Below are positions 1-13,059 of a DNA stretch of 38,889 nt, in pieces (the first letter of the stretch is position 1; each line of letters opens with the position of its first letter). The position numbers and the translations under genes were made by a program. This stretch comes from Spirogloea muscicola. Taxonomy: Eukaryota. The notes under the pieces are model-generated. The model did no database searches. It saw only the letters and a program-made list of their open reading frames with translations, and was not told where the DNA came from. The stretch is taken from NCBI GenBank assembly GCA_009602725.1, contig WELB01000021.1:212847-251735 (forward strand), read 5' to 3'.

Positions 1-1
1 G

Positions 2-439
2 AGCGCGGCGGCGGCAGCTGGCCGGCTGGGCGCCGCGTGGCGCACGCTCAAGCAGGCGCGCGCTTCGGGCGTCGCGCCTCATGGCGCCACGTGGGCAGTC
101 ATCGCCCGCCTCTGCGCCAACCCCGCAGGCAATGTCGCTGCTGTGCTGCCACTGCCTAGCCCCGGCAAGTCCGCGGCTGGTCATGAAGATCACAGTCAAC
201 CACGGCGCAATGTCCGCTCGTCCCCCTCATCAGCGCGCTTGACAGAGGAAGGCCCGGTGCCGTATGAACAGGGCCTGCCGGTTAGCTGCCGCCCACCGAC
301 AAGCCCTAGCAAGGAGACACGGTCGCCGCGCTGGCAGCCTGCTGCGCCGGTGGTCCGCACCGGCGGCGGGGAGTTCCTGTTGGGGTCTGAGCTGATCGCC
401 GCCCGGCCGATACGGCCTGTCTGGCAAGCGACACGCTGA
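2..439 (+). CDS. 3' end of a pentatricopeptide-repeat (PPR)-like protein, 5'-partial
   Basis: Frame open from base 2 to TGA at 437-439. SAAAAAGRLGAAWRTLKQARASGVAPHGATWAVIARLCA fits the PPR consensus (..G.l..A...l..M...Gv.P...tw..li..c), followed by a low-complexity tail. Confidence 0.55.
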   Translation, partial: SAAAAAGRLGAAWRTLKQARASGVAPHGATWAVIARLCANPAGNVAAVLPLPSPGKSAAGHEDHSQPRRNVRSSPSSARLTEEGPVPYEQGLPVSCRPPTSPSKETRSPRWQPAAPVVRTGGGEFLLGSELIAARPIRPVWQATR

Positions 440-1069
440 TGACTGCTGCCTGCCTACTCCGTGGCCGCTTGAATCCACGCAATGACTGTCAGACCTGGAC
501 ACTTTAGAAGCTTTACTGGACGGCCACATTGGCCTCCCCACAAAGCAGGGCGGGCTTGCCTCGCTCAATTAGTGCTACACAAGCTGCACGCGCATAGTTC
601 GCACTAGTAGCTAATGCAGAGAATGAATGGAAGCCAGTGACTTGCAGCATAAGTGCAGACAATGGAGGTGTGAATTAGTCGCTCCCAGTCTGTGGTACAA
701 GCCGCCTGGCCACCATCGCCAGGCACTTTCTGAGGCGAGCCAAGCGGACAATCTATGCCCACCGTGCGATGAAGCTGGGCCAGGAGTGCCTTTCGAGTTG
801 CTGGCAAAGCAACACTCCGGTTGCACTCAACAAGTCGCTCCTTTCGAGGTGCCTGGGAGAGTGTACACCTGGCTGCTGGCGCAGCCTCGACCAGCATTGG
901 CTTCTGCGACAACGCTCCTTGACAGCACATACATGGGCAACTTCTGGTGCTACTATCACCGAGGCCGTCAGTACCCGGGATGCAGAAAGTAGCGCTTAGA
1001 GTCTCTAGCACCTTGAAGGAGGGCCGGCACAGCAGCAGCTTCCAAGCACAGCGCACATCACGACAAGCC

Positions 1070-4000
1070 TCAGCCTTCCTGCACTGCTGGCACTAGGGGG
1101 CGGGGCACAGCCCCGCGTGTGGCGTTGATGACAGCCCGCCGCGGCCGGGCCTGGGCTGCACGTTCCTTCCCCCACTCTGCACTGCCGGTGTCATCGTCCC
1201 GCTCGCTGCCGCTGGCCACCCTCGCTCGCGCTCCTCCCTCCTGTTCCTCTCTCTCGCCCCTCTCCGGCCCCCCTCTCCTCCCTCCTCCACTCCTCCCTCC
1301 GCCAAAGCCCCGTGCTCCTCGGCCCCTGCCCACAGTCGCAGCAAGCTCTTCCTTCAGCAGCTCCTGCAGGCTGCCCCCCACGCGCTTGCCCTCAAGCCGC
1401 TGGCCATCACTGCCTCCCGCCACCATCTGCACCACCTTCTGCTCGCTGCCGCTTTGGGCTGCTTCCCGGGGCTGCACCTCGGCAAGTCCTCCCTCTCTTG
1501 CAGGGTCGTTGTCACTGGCCCGTCCCTGCGACCCTGGTTCTCCACGTCGATGACCGTGGGGCCGTCCTCCACTTCCTCTTGCCTGCCTCACCTTCTCCTT
1601 CTCGCGCCTGGCGGGCACGCCGTACGAACCAGCAAGATTGTGCTGCCCTTGACCATGCGGGGCCTCAAACCCATCAGCCCCCGTTGCCCTCGGCAGCGCA
1701 CGGCCATCAATTCCAGCGCCGTGGCTGCGCCTCTCCTGATTGTAGGGCGGCTGCCCTTGGTCGTGCTTGACGCCGACTTGGTGCAGTGGCGACGCCGGCT
1801 TGACGGGGTCAAGCTCCACAGCCTGCTCCTGCTGCGCTCCCTGAGGGGATGGATGTGCCGCTGCCGAGCCGCCGGAACTCCTCCCGCCCTCCAGCCTGGT
1901 GGTCTGAGCTTGCGACTGCGGCGCTTGCGGCGGCAAGGCTGCCCTGGACTGAGGCAGCAATGACGCCGGCCTGCCCAGCTGGCGGGGGCCCCGTGCTGGC
2001 CGGTGGAGTGACAGCGGCACTGCCTCATGGATGGGCACGGCGACCTGCGAGCCTCCCGTGCTGGCCTCAACGTGGCTCATGGGTGCAATGGCCGCCGCAG
2101 CAGCCGCATCTAGCACCGTCGGCGCTGAAGCGGGCGGCTGTCGCAGCCCGGCGGGGGGCCTGGCCGGCCGCCTCGATTGCCTCCCCGCTCCTCCACCAGC
2201 GCCCCTGGCTCTGGGCGCGTCAACCGAAGCCTTCCCATCGTTGCTCGAGGCGGTCTCCGCAACCACGGCAACCTCTGCAGGTGCTGCTGCAGCAGGCTGC
2301 GGCACGCTGCTTCCCTCTGCAGCAGCGTGAGCGGCCGCGAGAGCCTGCTTGGGCAGGTAGCGCCCCATCTCCGCGCGCTTTGGCCTGGACGGTGGATGCT
2401 GGTGGCCGCCTCTCCTCGCGCCTGAGTCCTTGCCATCGGCGCCTTCTGGGCCAGTCAAAGGCCGAGCGGCCTCCACGCCCACCTCTTCGAGACTGTGATT
2501 GCCAGTGACCTTGGCGGCGGGGACGCCCTGCGCAGGTCGGGGGCTGGCGACCAGCGCGCCACCACTGGCAGGAGGTACTCTGGGGGCAGGTCCTTGGTGA
2601 ACCTGGCCAGTCCCTCCGATGGCCTGGTTTATGAACCGCACGTCCTGTGTCACAACTGGCGGCCTCAGCAAGGGGAGAGCAACTGCCGGCCTTGCATGAG
2701 CTTGCCCCAGCGCCACTGCCATCTCCATGCTCACCGGCGCCGGCGATCGCTGGGCTTGTGGTGAATGCAAGGGCAACGGCAAGGGCGTCGATGCGCTCTC
2801 CGCGGACTTGGGGACAGCAGCGGGACCGTCGGCCTTGGGCCTGAGCTCACCACCACCTGCAACAGCCTGCTCCTGGTGGACCTCCTCAGGAGGCGCCTGC
2901 CCAGCCTTGCCCCTCCCGCCCCCTCCACGGCCGCGGCCCTTGCGGGGCGCCCGGTCTGAGCCACGCTCCCGCTGGCTTCTACCGCTGCGAGCCTCACCCC
3001 TCGCCGCGCCCTCGGCACCCTCCACGGTGGTCTCTGTCGCGGTATGCTGTTGCCTGCTCGGCAGCACAGGCAGCTGCTCTGACTGAGAAGGACCATGTGG
3101 CTGCTGCGGGGGCGGCTGCCTCTGGGGCAGCGGGCGCTGCTGCCTGGCTCGAGCCTGGGGAGGCTCCTGCGCCGGTGCCCCTTCCTGGGAGGCGGCTGCA
3201 GCTGCCGGCAGCGGCTGCACCTGCCTCTGCGGCGGCTGCAGGTTTGTCGGCGGACGAGGGCTCCTCCTCGCAGCTTGCTCATCCCTGTGAACCTGATCAC
3301 GCAGCGCTGCGGGTGTTCGCGGCCGGTCTTGCGGCTGCCTCCTCTGCTGCCGTTCTGGAGCGGCAGCCTGATGGGCTGCCAATGGTTTCTGCTCGCCAGC
3401 CGCCGCAGGCTGATCACCAGGAGCTTCCTCCACAGGAACGTCCAGTGGCCGAGCCGGTGCAGACAGCAGCGGCTGCCCCTCACTAGTCCGCTGTGGTGGC
3501 AGCAGTGGCCCATTCGGGAGGCGTCTGCCTGATCCACCAGTTGCTGAGCCCTTCGGCAATGGGCGTCCCTGTTGTGCCTCCGACGGAGTCGTGTTTACCG
3601 CCAGCCTGACCGTGCCCTGGACGTCATGCTGCGGCGTTTCCAACCGAGGCACAGTGCCCCACCCTGCGTCTCCATTGCCAGCACCATTGTTGTGAGAGCT
3701 CCTCACTGACTCTGCACGGGCCTGCGCCCTGGCGCGCTGATCCCTGCCCCTTTGCTCCTGCAACTGCCTCAGCTGCGCTGCCTTCTGCACTGCAATCTCC
3801 TTGAGCTTGGCACGCTGCACAATCAGTACACGACTGCTGTCAGTCCTGAGGGTCACGACTGTACTGTCTGACTTGCCCATTCACACCATGGCCGACGTGG
3901 AGGATTAAGCTAGGGGTCAACAACACCATTGACAACGGCTGGAAGAACTATCAAACTCATTTTCCAGCAAGAGCCGTGCTGAAAGATTAAGCAAGCTATG

Positions 4001-7000
4001 GCCAAGTGCTCAATCTGGAGGTCGAATGAGAGGTTCAGGGCTGCTGCTGCTACCGGCTTGTGGAGGCCAGCTTACCTGTGCTTCATAGTCGTAGGCATCT
4101 ACTGGAGGCTTTTCCTCCAAAGCCGCGCCAAGTGGCACAGGGAGGCCTCCTTCAGGCTGCATCTCAGGTGGTGGCTTGGTCACCGGCACTGCATCCTGCG
4201 TGATCGACTCCGGCAAAGGGCCTGCAGCTTCGATGTATCCGACTGATTGCAATCTGGCCGAAGACTCTTCAGAAATTGACGTATCTTCGTCCCTAGTAGC
4301 AGCTCCAGCTCCGGTGGCAGCCCCGTCCACGGGGCTTGCGCTAGGTGAAGCATCCATGTCGATGACCTCAAGCGCCAGGAGCGGAGGGCCCTCTGTGACA
4401 GGCTCCTGTGTTGGCTCATCTGCGGTGCGCTTCAGAATCCTCACGTTGTCGCACACTGCTTACACGGCGACAACTGCATTAGTCCATGTCCTTGACTTGC
4501 AACTGGCAAGGAGCAGGTAGGTTGAAAGCAGCAGACTAAGACAGAACACACGTCATGGTACGAACAAAAAGCGGGCAGGCTAGACAACCAGATCATCCTT
4601 TCATAAAGCCGCGTTGCAACTGCGTCAATGTGCTTCCTTGACAAGTGAGTGACCAGTAGGGCAATCTGAGCTTACCAACAGTTGCATGAGAGCGTGGTGA
4701 TGCTATTGATGCAGACTCTTCAACTGGTATGCTAACATTACGGAGGCCGTTATCAGAGATGGGTAGCCCTGTTGAGCCTGCATGTATGTCACCTTGAGGC
4801 GCAGCCCCACCATTCTGGTCCTGGAGGACCGAGCTCAGAAACGGCATACTATGGTGGCTTGCCCCGTCAGCTGGCAAGGCACCACCACCGAGTGAGCCAT
4901 CAGCTGCTGCTGGTGCCACCGCCACGTCCAGGATGACGCTCTCGTCAATGATCGGCTTCGAGTAGTCGATGGCCTCGTCCTCACTGACTGACGCCCAGTC
5001 TCGGAGGTGGACGTGCCGGTTGAGATGGTGTGGCAGGTGGATCTCGTGGCCCTGCGGCCGCTCCTGAGTTGCTGCTGCCTCACTGCCATTGCTAGCCACC
5101 AGCCTGCCATAGTTGGTGGGAGGTGCCAGCGGGAGGTGGCTGCCGGCTCGCCTGCCCACACGATCCCGCTCCAATGCCCCCGCCGTAACTTCACGCGCCT
5201 CATACGCCGTGCTCTGTAGCGATGGAGGATGCTGCCGGAAGGCCATCCGAGCCTGTTGCCGGAGGTCCTGCGAATGGCTGAGCCCCAGCTGGCCATGGTG
5301 ACCACCGTACGAGTCCTCCAGCCTCCCAGCAAGGTGAGCCAAAGAGGAGGGGTGGCCATGGCCAGGCGGCCCAGGAGGTCTTGCAGATTGCTGGTGGCCA
5401 TCAAGGTGGCTGCCATTGACTGCGCCAGCGGTGCCCAGCAGCGAGTGGTGCCGCCGCCATCCATCGGGCCCCACCGGCCCGCTCACACCTCCCTCCCACC
5501 TGACAGCGTCTCGCCGCCAGGCTTCTACCGACAAAGCTTCACCTCCAGGGGGGGGCGGTCCCGCATCAGGAGCACGCCATGCCACTGACGAATGCCCGTG
5601 TTCGATGGCCTCCAGCCTCCGCCAGTCCTGCACTGGGAGTGGGTTCGGAGTGGCACCATTCCTCCGCCAAGCCTCTACGGAGCCCTGCGAGCCTACGATG
5701 CCAGAGCTTGTGGACGATACTTCATCTGTCGCACACAAGCACGTGGAAAAGCGTCAGTACTGTCCCTAACCACATAAGAACCTTATAGAGTGCCAGCAAT
5801 AAGACGCACTTGCAGTGACACATGCCTGGCGCAGCTGACACTGAGCTGTCTTCAGACAACAATGCAAAGTCAGTGTCGCTGTACGAAGAGCGACCACACC
5901 CATCTCCTGCTCCTACCAACGAGCTCTACTTGGTCGGTGCATGACAAAGACTACAATGCGGGAGCACAGTTTTAAGAGACAGAAACGAGTGAGCAGGAAG
6001 AGAGGGTACAGAATTGATTGGCGAGGCAGGTGGGCAAAAGGCTGGACGCGGATGCTCACCGCTCTGCTGGCGCAGGTCCCCAGCTTTCTCCTGATCAGTT
6101 TGGGGAAGTGTGGGAAAGTCGCGCGAGAGTTGGAACTTTGAGTGGTGCATGTCAGCCTGGAAGACAGCAGGAATTATGTAGTTAGACAGGTGCTTACGGG
6201 TGTGTCAAAAGCCTATGCCATTCCGACAACTTTTGGACGTCGCAAATGCGCGTGCCTCAGCGGTGGACTTACTGCTCGCCGACTTGGGCCTCCCCAGGCC
6301 GTGACTGGCGGCGGCCCCTGTGTACCGGGGTTGATGGGCTGTTGCGGAGAAGGCGGCGGGCCTTCCCTGCCAACTTTGGCCAACAGACGCCCATCGAGCA
6401 CGCCTGCAGCAGGCGGGTGTGCCGCAAGCCCCTGCTGGCTCTGCTGCGCCTGCAGCTGTGCAGCAATGCCCGATACAGGCGGACTGGGCCTGCTGGCGGC
6501 AATGCCCCAAGCATTGATCGGTGCTGGAGGAGGCGGAGCTGCCTGGGGCCCGCCCCCGCTGACCCTCAGCGGATGCCCCCATGGGCCACTGGGAGCCTCT
6601 GGCTGCTGCATTGACAGTGTCACTGAGCTTGATCGCGCGCCTTCTTGGGTGGGCGACAGTCCGGCTCCTCCCCACGCGCCATTTACAGGCGGTGACCTGC
6701 CGCTGGTGCTCCATATAATGGTGCCCCTGACCGCACCCAGGTGAAGTTGTCAAACAACATCAGTCTCTCAACATTGACCACCTCTGCTGACTACATGGCT
6801 GCCTAGCCTGCTGCTCATCTGCTACTAAGATGTCTCATGATCAAACTACATGCATTGAGTAGATTGCAGGTGCCAGATTCTGCCTTGCAGTACAGCTGAA
6901 AAGACTTTCTTGTGACTGTATAATCAACAAATCGCTTCACTTGACGTTCTGGTATGAACACACCATCCCGAGCCTACATCAGCCTAAACCAGTCGCCAGA

Positions 7001-8140
7001 TGAGCGACTAGCGACCGTCTGTGCTCCATCAAGAGGTTGTGATAGTCTGACGGGAGTGGATACCTTGGTACAAGCTCCACATGTGGGTCCAAGCCTCGAT
7101 TCTCGAGTCTGCAAGAGATTGCAGGCATACGGGTTTATAGAATGCAAACATGGCAATGAGTGGCAAACAGTCAATCATGTATAATCAAGGCAGCAGATTA
7201 TCCATGTCGAAATCAGCCTGCATCAGTTCCCAAATAGATTGGGCTTCATGATTAACAAGTGAGAGTTGTCTCTTGCGAACACGACCCAAGAGCGATGAGC
7301 CAAGCTGCGCTTTACCGCTGGCTGGGGAGATTGACCGGCTTTGGAACCGATGGGATTTTGCCAAGTACAGTCATGCCCCGTCGTGCCGTAGGACCCCTGC
7401 AGAAGCAGACACATCGCCAGAGATTCTTTCAATTGCTTGCAGCAGCCTCTGCAAGGCTTCTGCAAGGAGACCTATCAGGTTGATATTGTTTTAAGCTGGG
7501 TGCTGTAACGAAAGGGGAGGTATACAGTAAGTGAACTGTGGAGATCATTAACGGACCCATACGAGACGACGATACACTTCCACCTGCCGAGCTGATTGAG
7601 TGCCTACACCTGACCTGTGACGGCCAACGGGCCCCACACAGACCCGAACGCTGGTAAAGCACTGCCAACGGTCAGACTGACGAATCAGCTAAATAACCTC
7701 TTCTGCTAGCAGTCACTCAAGCCTTGCGCCTCGGACCTGGTCTGGTGGCAGTCCTCAATTTCACTGGAACGAGAACTCAAAGGGCTGTGGAAGGGAAATT
7801 GCAAGGGCCCCCGGATGCTGGCGGCAGAGGAACGCGTGGACTTGTGCTGTACAGATACCTACATACCCCCGGCACCTGGAGATAGGCAGCACTAGCCCTG
7901 CCTGACCCCGACGGCACTTACATGTATTCCGCCAGTGGGCTCTGGGCGCCATGGACGAGCTATGCGACACCACAACATGCAGTGGCCTGCCCTGACCATC
8001 ACAGCACGAGTACAAAGCCCCAGCAGGGGGTATCCTTTCCTTGTGCTTGTTGTAATCAGACCCGAGTTGGGGCGGCGTTGAGGGGGAGCGGGCCAAATGG
8101 CAGCACTGAAGGCTTACCTCCTGTCCTGCGCCCCGAGCAT
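1070..8140 (-). CDS. MOS1: MODIFIER OF SNC1 1 (MOS1)-like / BAT2-N (PRRC2-like) protein, multi-exon
   Basis: Exons 8118-8140 (gccgccgccaccATG), 7316-7396, 7064-7108, 6273-6726, 6060-6156, ~5826-5912 (uncertain), 4676-5725, 4076-4455, 1070-3814, with consistent phases. Spliced product MLGAQDRRGPTARRGMTVLGKIPSVPKPVNLPSQRLENRGLDPHVELVPRGTIIW matches the plant MOS1 N-terminus (GMTILGKVAVPKPINLPSQRLENQGLDPNVEIVPKGTLSW). FQLSRDFPTL and YEAQRAKLKEIAVQKAAQL..RDQRARAQA match the other conserved blocks. Confidence 0.88.
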
Positions 8141-8832
8141 GGTGGCGGCGGCTTCCGGTGGCTACCCGCAGCAACGAAACAGCGAGCGGTACTGGACCAG
8201 GAGGGACAGCGGCGGCGTGAGGGAACTCCAGAGAGGCCTCCGCCGCCAGCGCTCGCCGCCGCCGTTGCCGCCGCCGCCGCCGCCGCAGCGCGCTCCTCCA
8301 GGCGGCGGCNGCGCGCGGCGGGCGCGGGACGCGTGGCGGCGGCCGGGACCGCAGGGGCCCTAACTGATGACCGCCATAGCCCGCGGCGAAGGCTCTGCGC
8401 GGGCCGGGGCCAAAAGCGTAGACTAATACTCCCTCTTTATGCTTCACCAGTGCCCTTACCAGGAAGAGCCCGTCACATGCGCCTTCTACTCCCATCCGCC
8501 CGGCTGGCTCCCCCACGGACCCCGGTGCCCTGACAACGCCTACCAACGTTCAGGGCCCATTTCCCTCAGCCTTAAACCCTCAGCCATGATTGTTACATAT
8601 GGATTGTTACAAATATGAGTAACATAATCTGTTTTGGTTGTTACGGTTTTGACAAGGATATGTAAGTCGGTGGCAACGCTGCCGTTGTCATTGCACAACT
8701 CATCAAAGTACCTATGGCGTAATGGTTCCTCAAGAAGCAACGAGTATCCAGCTCTGTAATAGGAGTTTAAAAGTAACATCAGCCCTCACCATTTGACACA
8801 CTCATTGTTCCCATTACTTTCAGCCGCTTCAA

Positions 8833-8878
8833 ACCTGGTCCAGTACTTTGGGGCTGGCTTTTCTTATCCATAGCCCCC
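8833..8878 (+). repeat. Single diverged unit of the dispersed repeat family
   Basis: ACCTGGTCCAGTACTTTGGGGCTGGCTTTTC resembles ACCTTGTCCAGTCCTTTGGGCTGGC (13676) and the unit at 31862-31899. Confidence 0.6.
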
Positions 8879-9794
8879 TCTCGAAGAGCTTCTTCTATGG
8901 CAGTGCGCTTTCTCCTTCTCTGATCTCCCTCCAGAGCTGAGGGCTGCGAGCTGCGGGCTGTGATGTGGAGCTGCCTCTTGAAGCACCAGCTTTAGCAGCA
9001 GCATGTGTCACTGAAAGGGCTCTGGAAGAATAACCGCGACTCCTAGCCTGTGGAGCGCTCTGTGTTGCTCGGATGAGGAACGTCTGTGCTACATGCATAC
9101 GCGCTCAGACATCAGTGTCATATTGCACTTCCTCAAGGCACCAGTGCTTCTAGACTGGACTCGCCTTCTGAATCGCCCACCCATGCAGGGCTCTACCATA
9201 CAATGAGCTGCCAAATGTTTTCCGGTGATGCCAGTAGCCAGACCAAAACTTCTACCCCATAAGGCTTAGCATTTATAGTGCTCCAATGTACTTTTCGTGC
9301 ATTGAGATTTTGGCATGAGGATGCAACTCGCAAGCACGCCATGCACTGCGTCATCTTTCCAATGGGCAAACGAGGAGCCTGACCTCAGGCCTCACACGAA
9401 CTCAGGTCTGCTCTTTCTGACATGTTTGAGAGTCGTCCGACTCTGCTCCAAGTAGGTTATACCGAGGTAAACAAGTCTCATCAAAGGACCATACGTCAAA
9501 TCAGAATTGGATGAAGCACTCGAAGATGAATAGATAGAAGTAAGGAGGTAAGAGCTCAGGAGATGCTTCAAGGGAGATCTATCAATTCGACGTGCATCCA
9601 ACATTTACTACAAAACTCAATTGACTTGCACCTTGGCTGCCAAATGGCTACCTTATGCTTCGCAGCAACCAACACTAGACTACATGGCTAAATTTAGCAG
9701 TGTAAAGATTGAGCGCGCCCTCTCTAAGTTGAACCGTTGACCTGCTCTGGAAATTGCAGAGATTGGGCGCACCGGCAAAGTCCTAGCTCTGCAG

Positions 9795-12743
9795 TCACAA
9801 TCTGCAGGCATCAGCCACTGCACACCCATTGTCGTGCCGGCTTACTGAGTGCCCTGCGTTGCAAGTGCCCTCCAGCTTGGACGCGTCCTTGCAATCAAGG
9901 TGCCAACCTGCCCTTAAGGGCGACCTGTTGGTGCCCTCCTTAGCTCGTGCTTGACCACAGTCACTGTCATCCGACGTCCACGGCAGTCGCAGCGTCCCCA
10001 CAGGAGGCAGCTCATAAGCCGACAATGGTGGGGACGACGGCGTCTCGGTGGTGGGTGATGGGACTGGCCGCGAAAAGGTCGCAGACTGGTACCATGTTAC
10101 GAGCTTGCCACTTGCTGGGGGCCCTCTCCTGCTTGACAGCTCCCCCAGCAGTGGGACGCTAGACAGCCAGCCCGGTGGCGTACCAGGAGAGATGGTGAGG
10201 CACCGATCGTACACGTTGATCTCGGCGTGTGTTGGGCAGAAGATCACCATGTCGTTGCTGCCATCCAGGCCCCGCAACTGCACAAGCGCTAATTGAGCAT
10301 TCAAGACAGGCATGCTGCAAGACTTGAGCGATCCCAAGTAGCAAGCCGACTTCAATCAGCTGACCATGTGTAGCCAGGAAATTACTGATGAGCACAAAGC
10401 CAGACTGTTTACTAGACTCTAAACTTCTGGCCTCTTGCAAGAAGTGCATTCCAAAGCACTGTTGGTACACAAGATACATTCACATTGACAGAAAATACAG
10501 AGTAAACACATAATCACAGCCGTAAGGCACCTAGACATCCTTAATGAAAGTGGCAATTAGACATCCTTCAAGCAGTCTATTCGAAGCTTGGCTGGGTAAG
10601 AGGTACTATAGGGCAATAAGTGGAGGTGCACCACTCACCATGAATGTAGCGTCAGCAGCCAGGCCGCAGCTGACATGAAAAGTGGCAAAGCAGCCCGGTG
10701 CAGAACAGCGGGCGGCAGATCCCTGTTTGCTGCCACACACGCTGCAGTAGTCGGGCTTCCAGGCAATGCGCGCCTCAATGCCGGCCACACCCAGCACCGG
10801 CTCCAGTACATCCGGGTCCCCAAACGAGGCCTCTGGTGTGAACAGCGCGCACACAACGTGCGCCCATTGTTCTCCAGGGCTGCTAGTCCTCTTCAGCGCC
10901 CCGCCAGGCCGCCTGCAAATTGCACACCTGAGAGAGAAGAATCCGCTGTTAGTTGGGCACGCATCACCTTACCTTACACGTTACCTTCTTATTCAGACTC
11001 TTTGCAGTTGGTCAGTGTAGCCCTCGTGTGCAACATGTACTTGAGCGGCGCCCCAAGCACCTACCGGGCAGTGATGTTGGCACGGCCGGCCGCCACAGCC
11101 TCGCACTTGCGGCACAGCCAAGTGGCACATGCTCGTTTCCACCTTGCGCTTGTCTTGATTGGGCGCATGCCCATGACGCCGTAGCACGGCTGGTGCACAG
11201 CGATGCCGCAGCCGCTGCATAGCAGAATCTGGAGCAGGCGAGCACATTTCCTGCTCAGGAGTTGCTTGAACAATCATTTGTGGGCTGACTACCTCATGAA
11301 GCCACTCAAGGCTTCAAAACGGCACTTCTGGTACACATATGACATTTATGAAAAATGATTGCAGATCCGACTTAGACTCATGGTGAGCTTTAGAAGTACT
11401 CAGAGGGAGAGCTGCGCGCCACTCACCGGGTTGAAGAGCTCATCCTCAGCAACGTTGCAGATGCAGCAAGTCCTCGCCTCCCCCTTGTCCACTATCTTGC
11501 GCGCCCCCCGCTCTCCCAAAGGGCTCGCGGCCTCGTGATCCGAAGCGGCAGCAGCTGTGCTGGTCCGGGCGCTGGCGCAGTCTGCTGTCGCAGGCCGTAC
11601 GACCGCAGCGCAATGCTCCTCTCTGTGCCGCCTCTCGCCGTTGCCGATGGCATCCCGGTCGACCCTGACACCATTGACGGGCCCTGCCACCAGGCCCTTG
11701 CGATGGCGCTTGGCAGCCCGGTCTCCCTGCTGAGCCACAAGCTCATCCCGGGCCTTCGGTGGGCCTGCAAGAGCTCCCCCTCCACCGCCACCACCGCCAT
11801 CTACACTGCTGCCAGCCCTGGTGCCCGCTGCAGCTGCCTGCTCCTTCATGTTGACGAACGCCACAGGCCCCTGGGCCTGCCTCGCGGACGGCGCCAGCCT
11901 CTCCACGCACGTGCTGTCCGGCATGATGGCAGCAGCCTCGTCCGCCAGCCCCGCATTGCCGGCAAGCACGGCAGCGGGTTGCCCAAGAGACTGGAGAGAG
12001 CAGGGACTGGCGGGGCCGCCACTGGGATGCAGTGTGCCCTGCCGGGACGGGGTCGCCAGCGCCGCCCCGCCCACGTCGTCGGCTGGCGCGCCGCCGTCCG
12101 AGCTTCCGCTGCGCTCCATCACGAAGAAGTGGCTGAGCTGGTCGATGAGCGCGCCCTGCTCGAGAGCAGCCGGCGACTGCAGCGACTTGCTCGACCCCAC
12201 GGCAGCGCCTCTGGTCTCAGCAGCGCCATGCTGCCTCTGCCGCACGTCCGGGGGGCTCGCCGATGCCCGGCGCAGCAGCTGCGGCGGCTGCACGGGAAGC
12301 CAAGGAGAGAAGGCGCGCAGTGCGCATGAGCGCATGAATCAACAGGGTGGCCAAATTACGCCAGTACATTATTCATTATGCAATGTAATGGCAATTAGTG
12401 GCATAATGGGGCTACGTGAATTCGGAGCCCTGTGCTAAGGTGGCTAAATTAAGGCCGGGTGCTGAGCACCATCGGCTGCTTCAAAGCCCCCATGATCTCC
12501 TTGGTACTCGAGGCCTTACTTCGAGGCTTATGCAACGAGGGGCAGTGGCAGCTTCTTAAACGTGCAACCTTGACGTTGATACTGACGGCGGCCGCTCGAA
12601 GGCCGAGAGCGCACCTCGCTGCATGCGACGGGCGTCGGCGGGAGCTCCGGCGTCTGGCCGCGCGCCGCGGGGAGGCCGCCGCCGCACCTCCAGCGCTCTC
12701 CCTTGGCGCAAGGCAGCGCGCAGAGCGGCGACGGCGGCGGCGN

Positions 12744-12827
<84 letters not shown>

Positions 12828-12888
12828 GGCCGGCACGGCGCTCGCTCCGCCTCCTCCGTCGGGAGCCGGCCGAAGCCGAAGCCTCCAT
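9795..12888 (-). CDS. PZP-type (PHD + Zn knuckle + extended PHD) chromatin-reader protein, BRPF/JADE/AF10-like module; both ends uncertain
   Basis: Exons ~11427-12288, 11065-11228, 10639-10927 and <=10277 give CCICNVAEDELFNPILLCSGCGIAVHQPCYGV..WLCRKC..RCAICRRPGGALKRT..WAHVVCALFTPEASF..CSVCGSKQGSAARCSAPGCFATFHVSCG..IFCPTH. Putative start MEASASAGSRRR at 12888 follows a (GCG)n leader. Exon 1 is broken by an N plus poly(A) run, and further 3' exons are possible. Confidence 0.8.
12744..12823 (+). other. 80-nt poly(A) run adjacent to a single N (probable assembly artefact)
   Basis: Homopolymer directly after the N at 12743, inside the predicted first exon of the PZP gene. Confidence 0.7.
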
Positions 12889-12889
12889 C

Positions 12890-12923
<34 letters not shown>

Positions 12924-13059
12924 ACGCCGGAGCACAGTGCGGCGGGGAGCGCGGGGGAGGTGAGGTGCCCCGGAGGCGAGCCAGCTTCCCCGCCCCCAAC
13001 CCCGCGCCAACTGCCTGCCGGCAGCAGCGGGGCCCAATGCTAGCGGGCTTCCTTGTAAT

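Noticed and set aside
604..1056. Overlapping 70-150 aa ORFs between the PPR-like gene and MOS1
   Set aside because: No motifs; the region is the convergent 3' UTR interval.
1119..3537. Many alternative-frame and antisense ORFs over the large MOS1 exon
   Set aside because: Expected shadow ORFs in GC-rich coding DNA with few stop codons.
8364..8392. Hammerhead-ribozyme-like CTGATGA-stem-CGAA
   Set aside because: GAAG instead of GAAA, no canonical G-C closing pair, and no convincing stems I and III.
8560..8600. Telomerase RNA template candidate (TAAACCCT)
   Set aside because: No recognisable USE/TATA type-3 promoter or flanking conserved structure, and similar motifs are scattered through the window.
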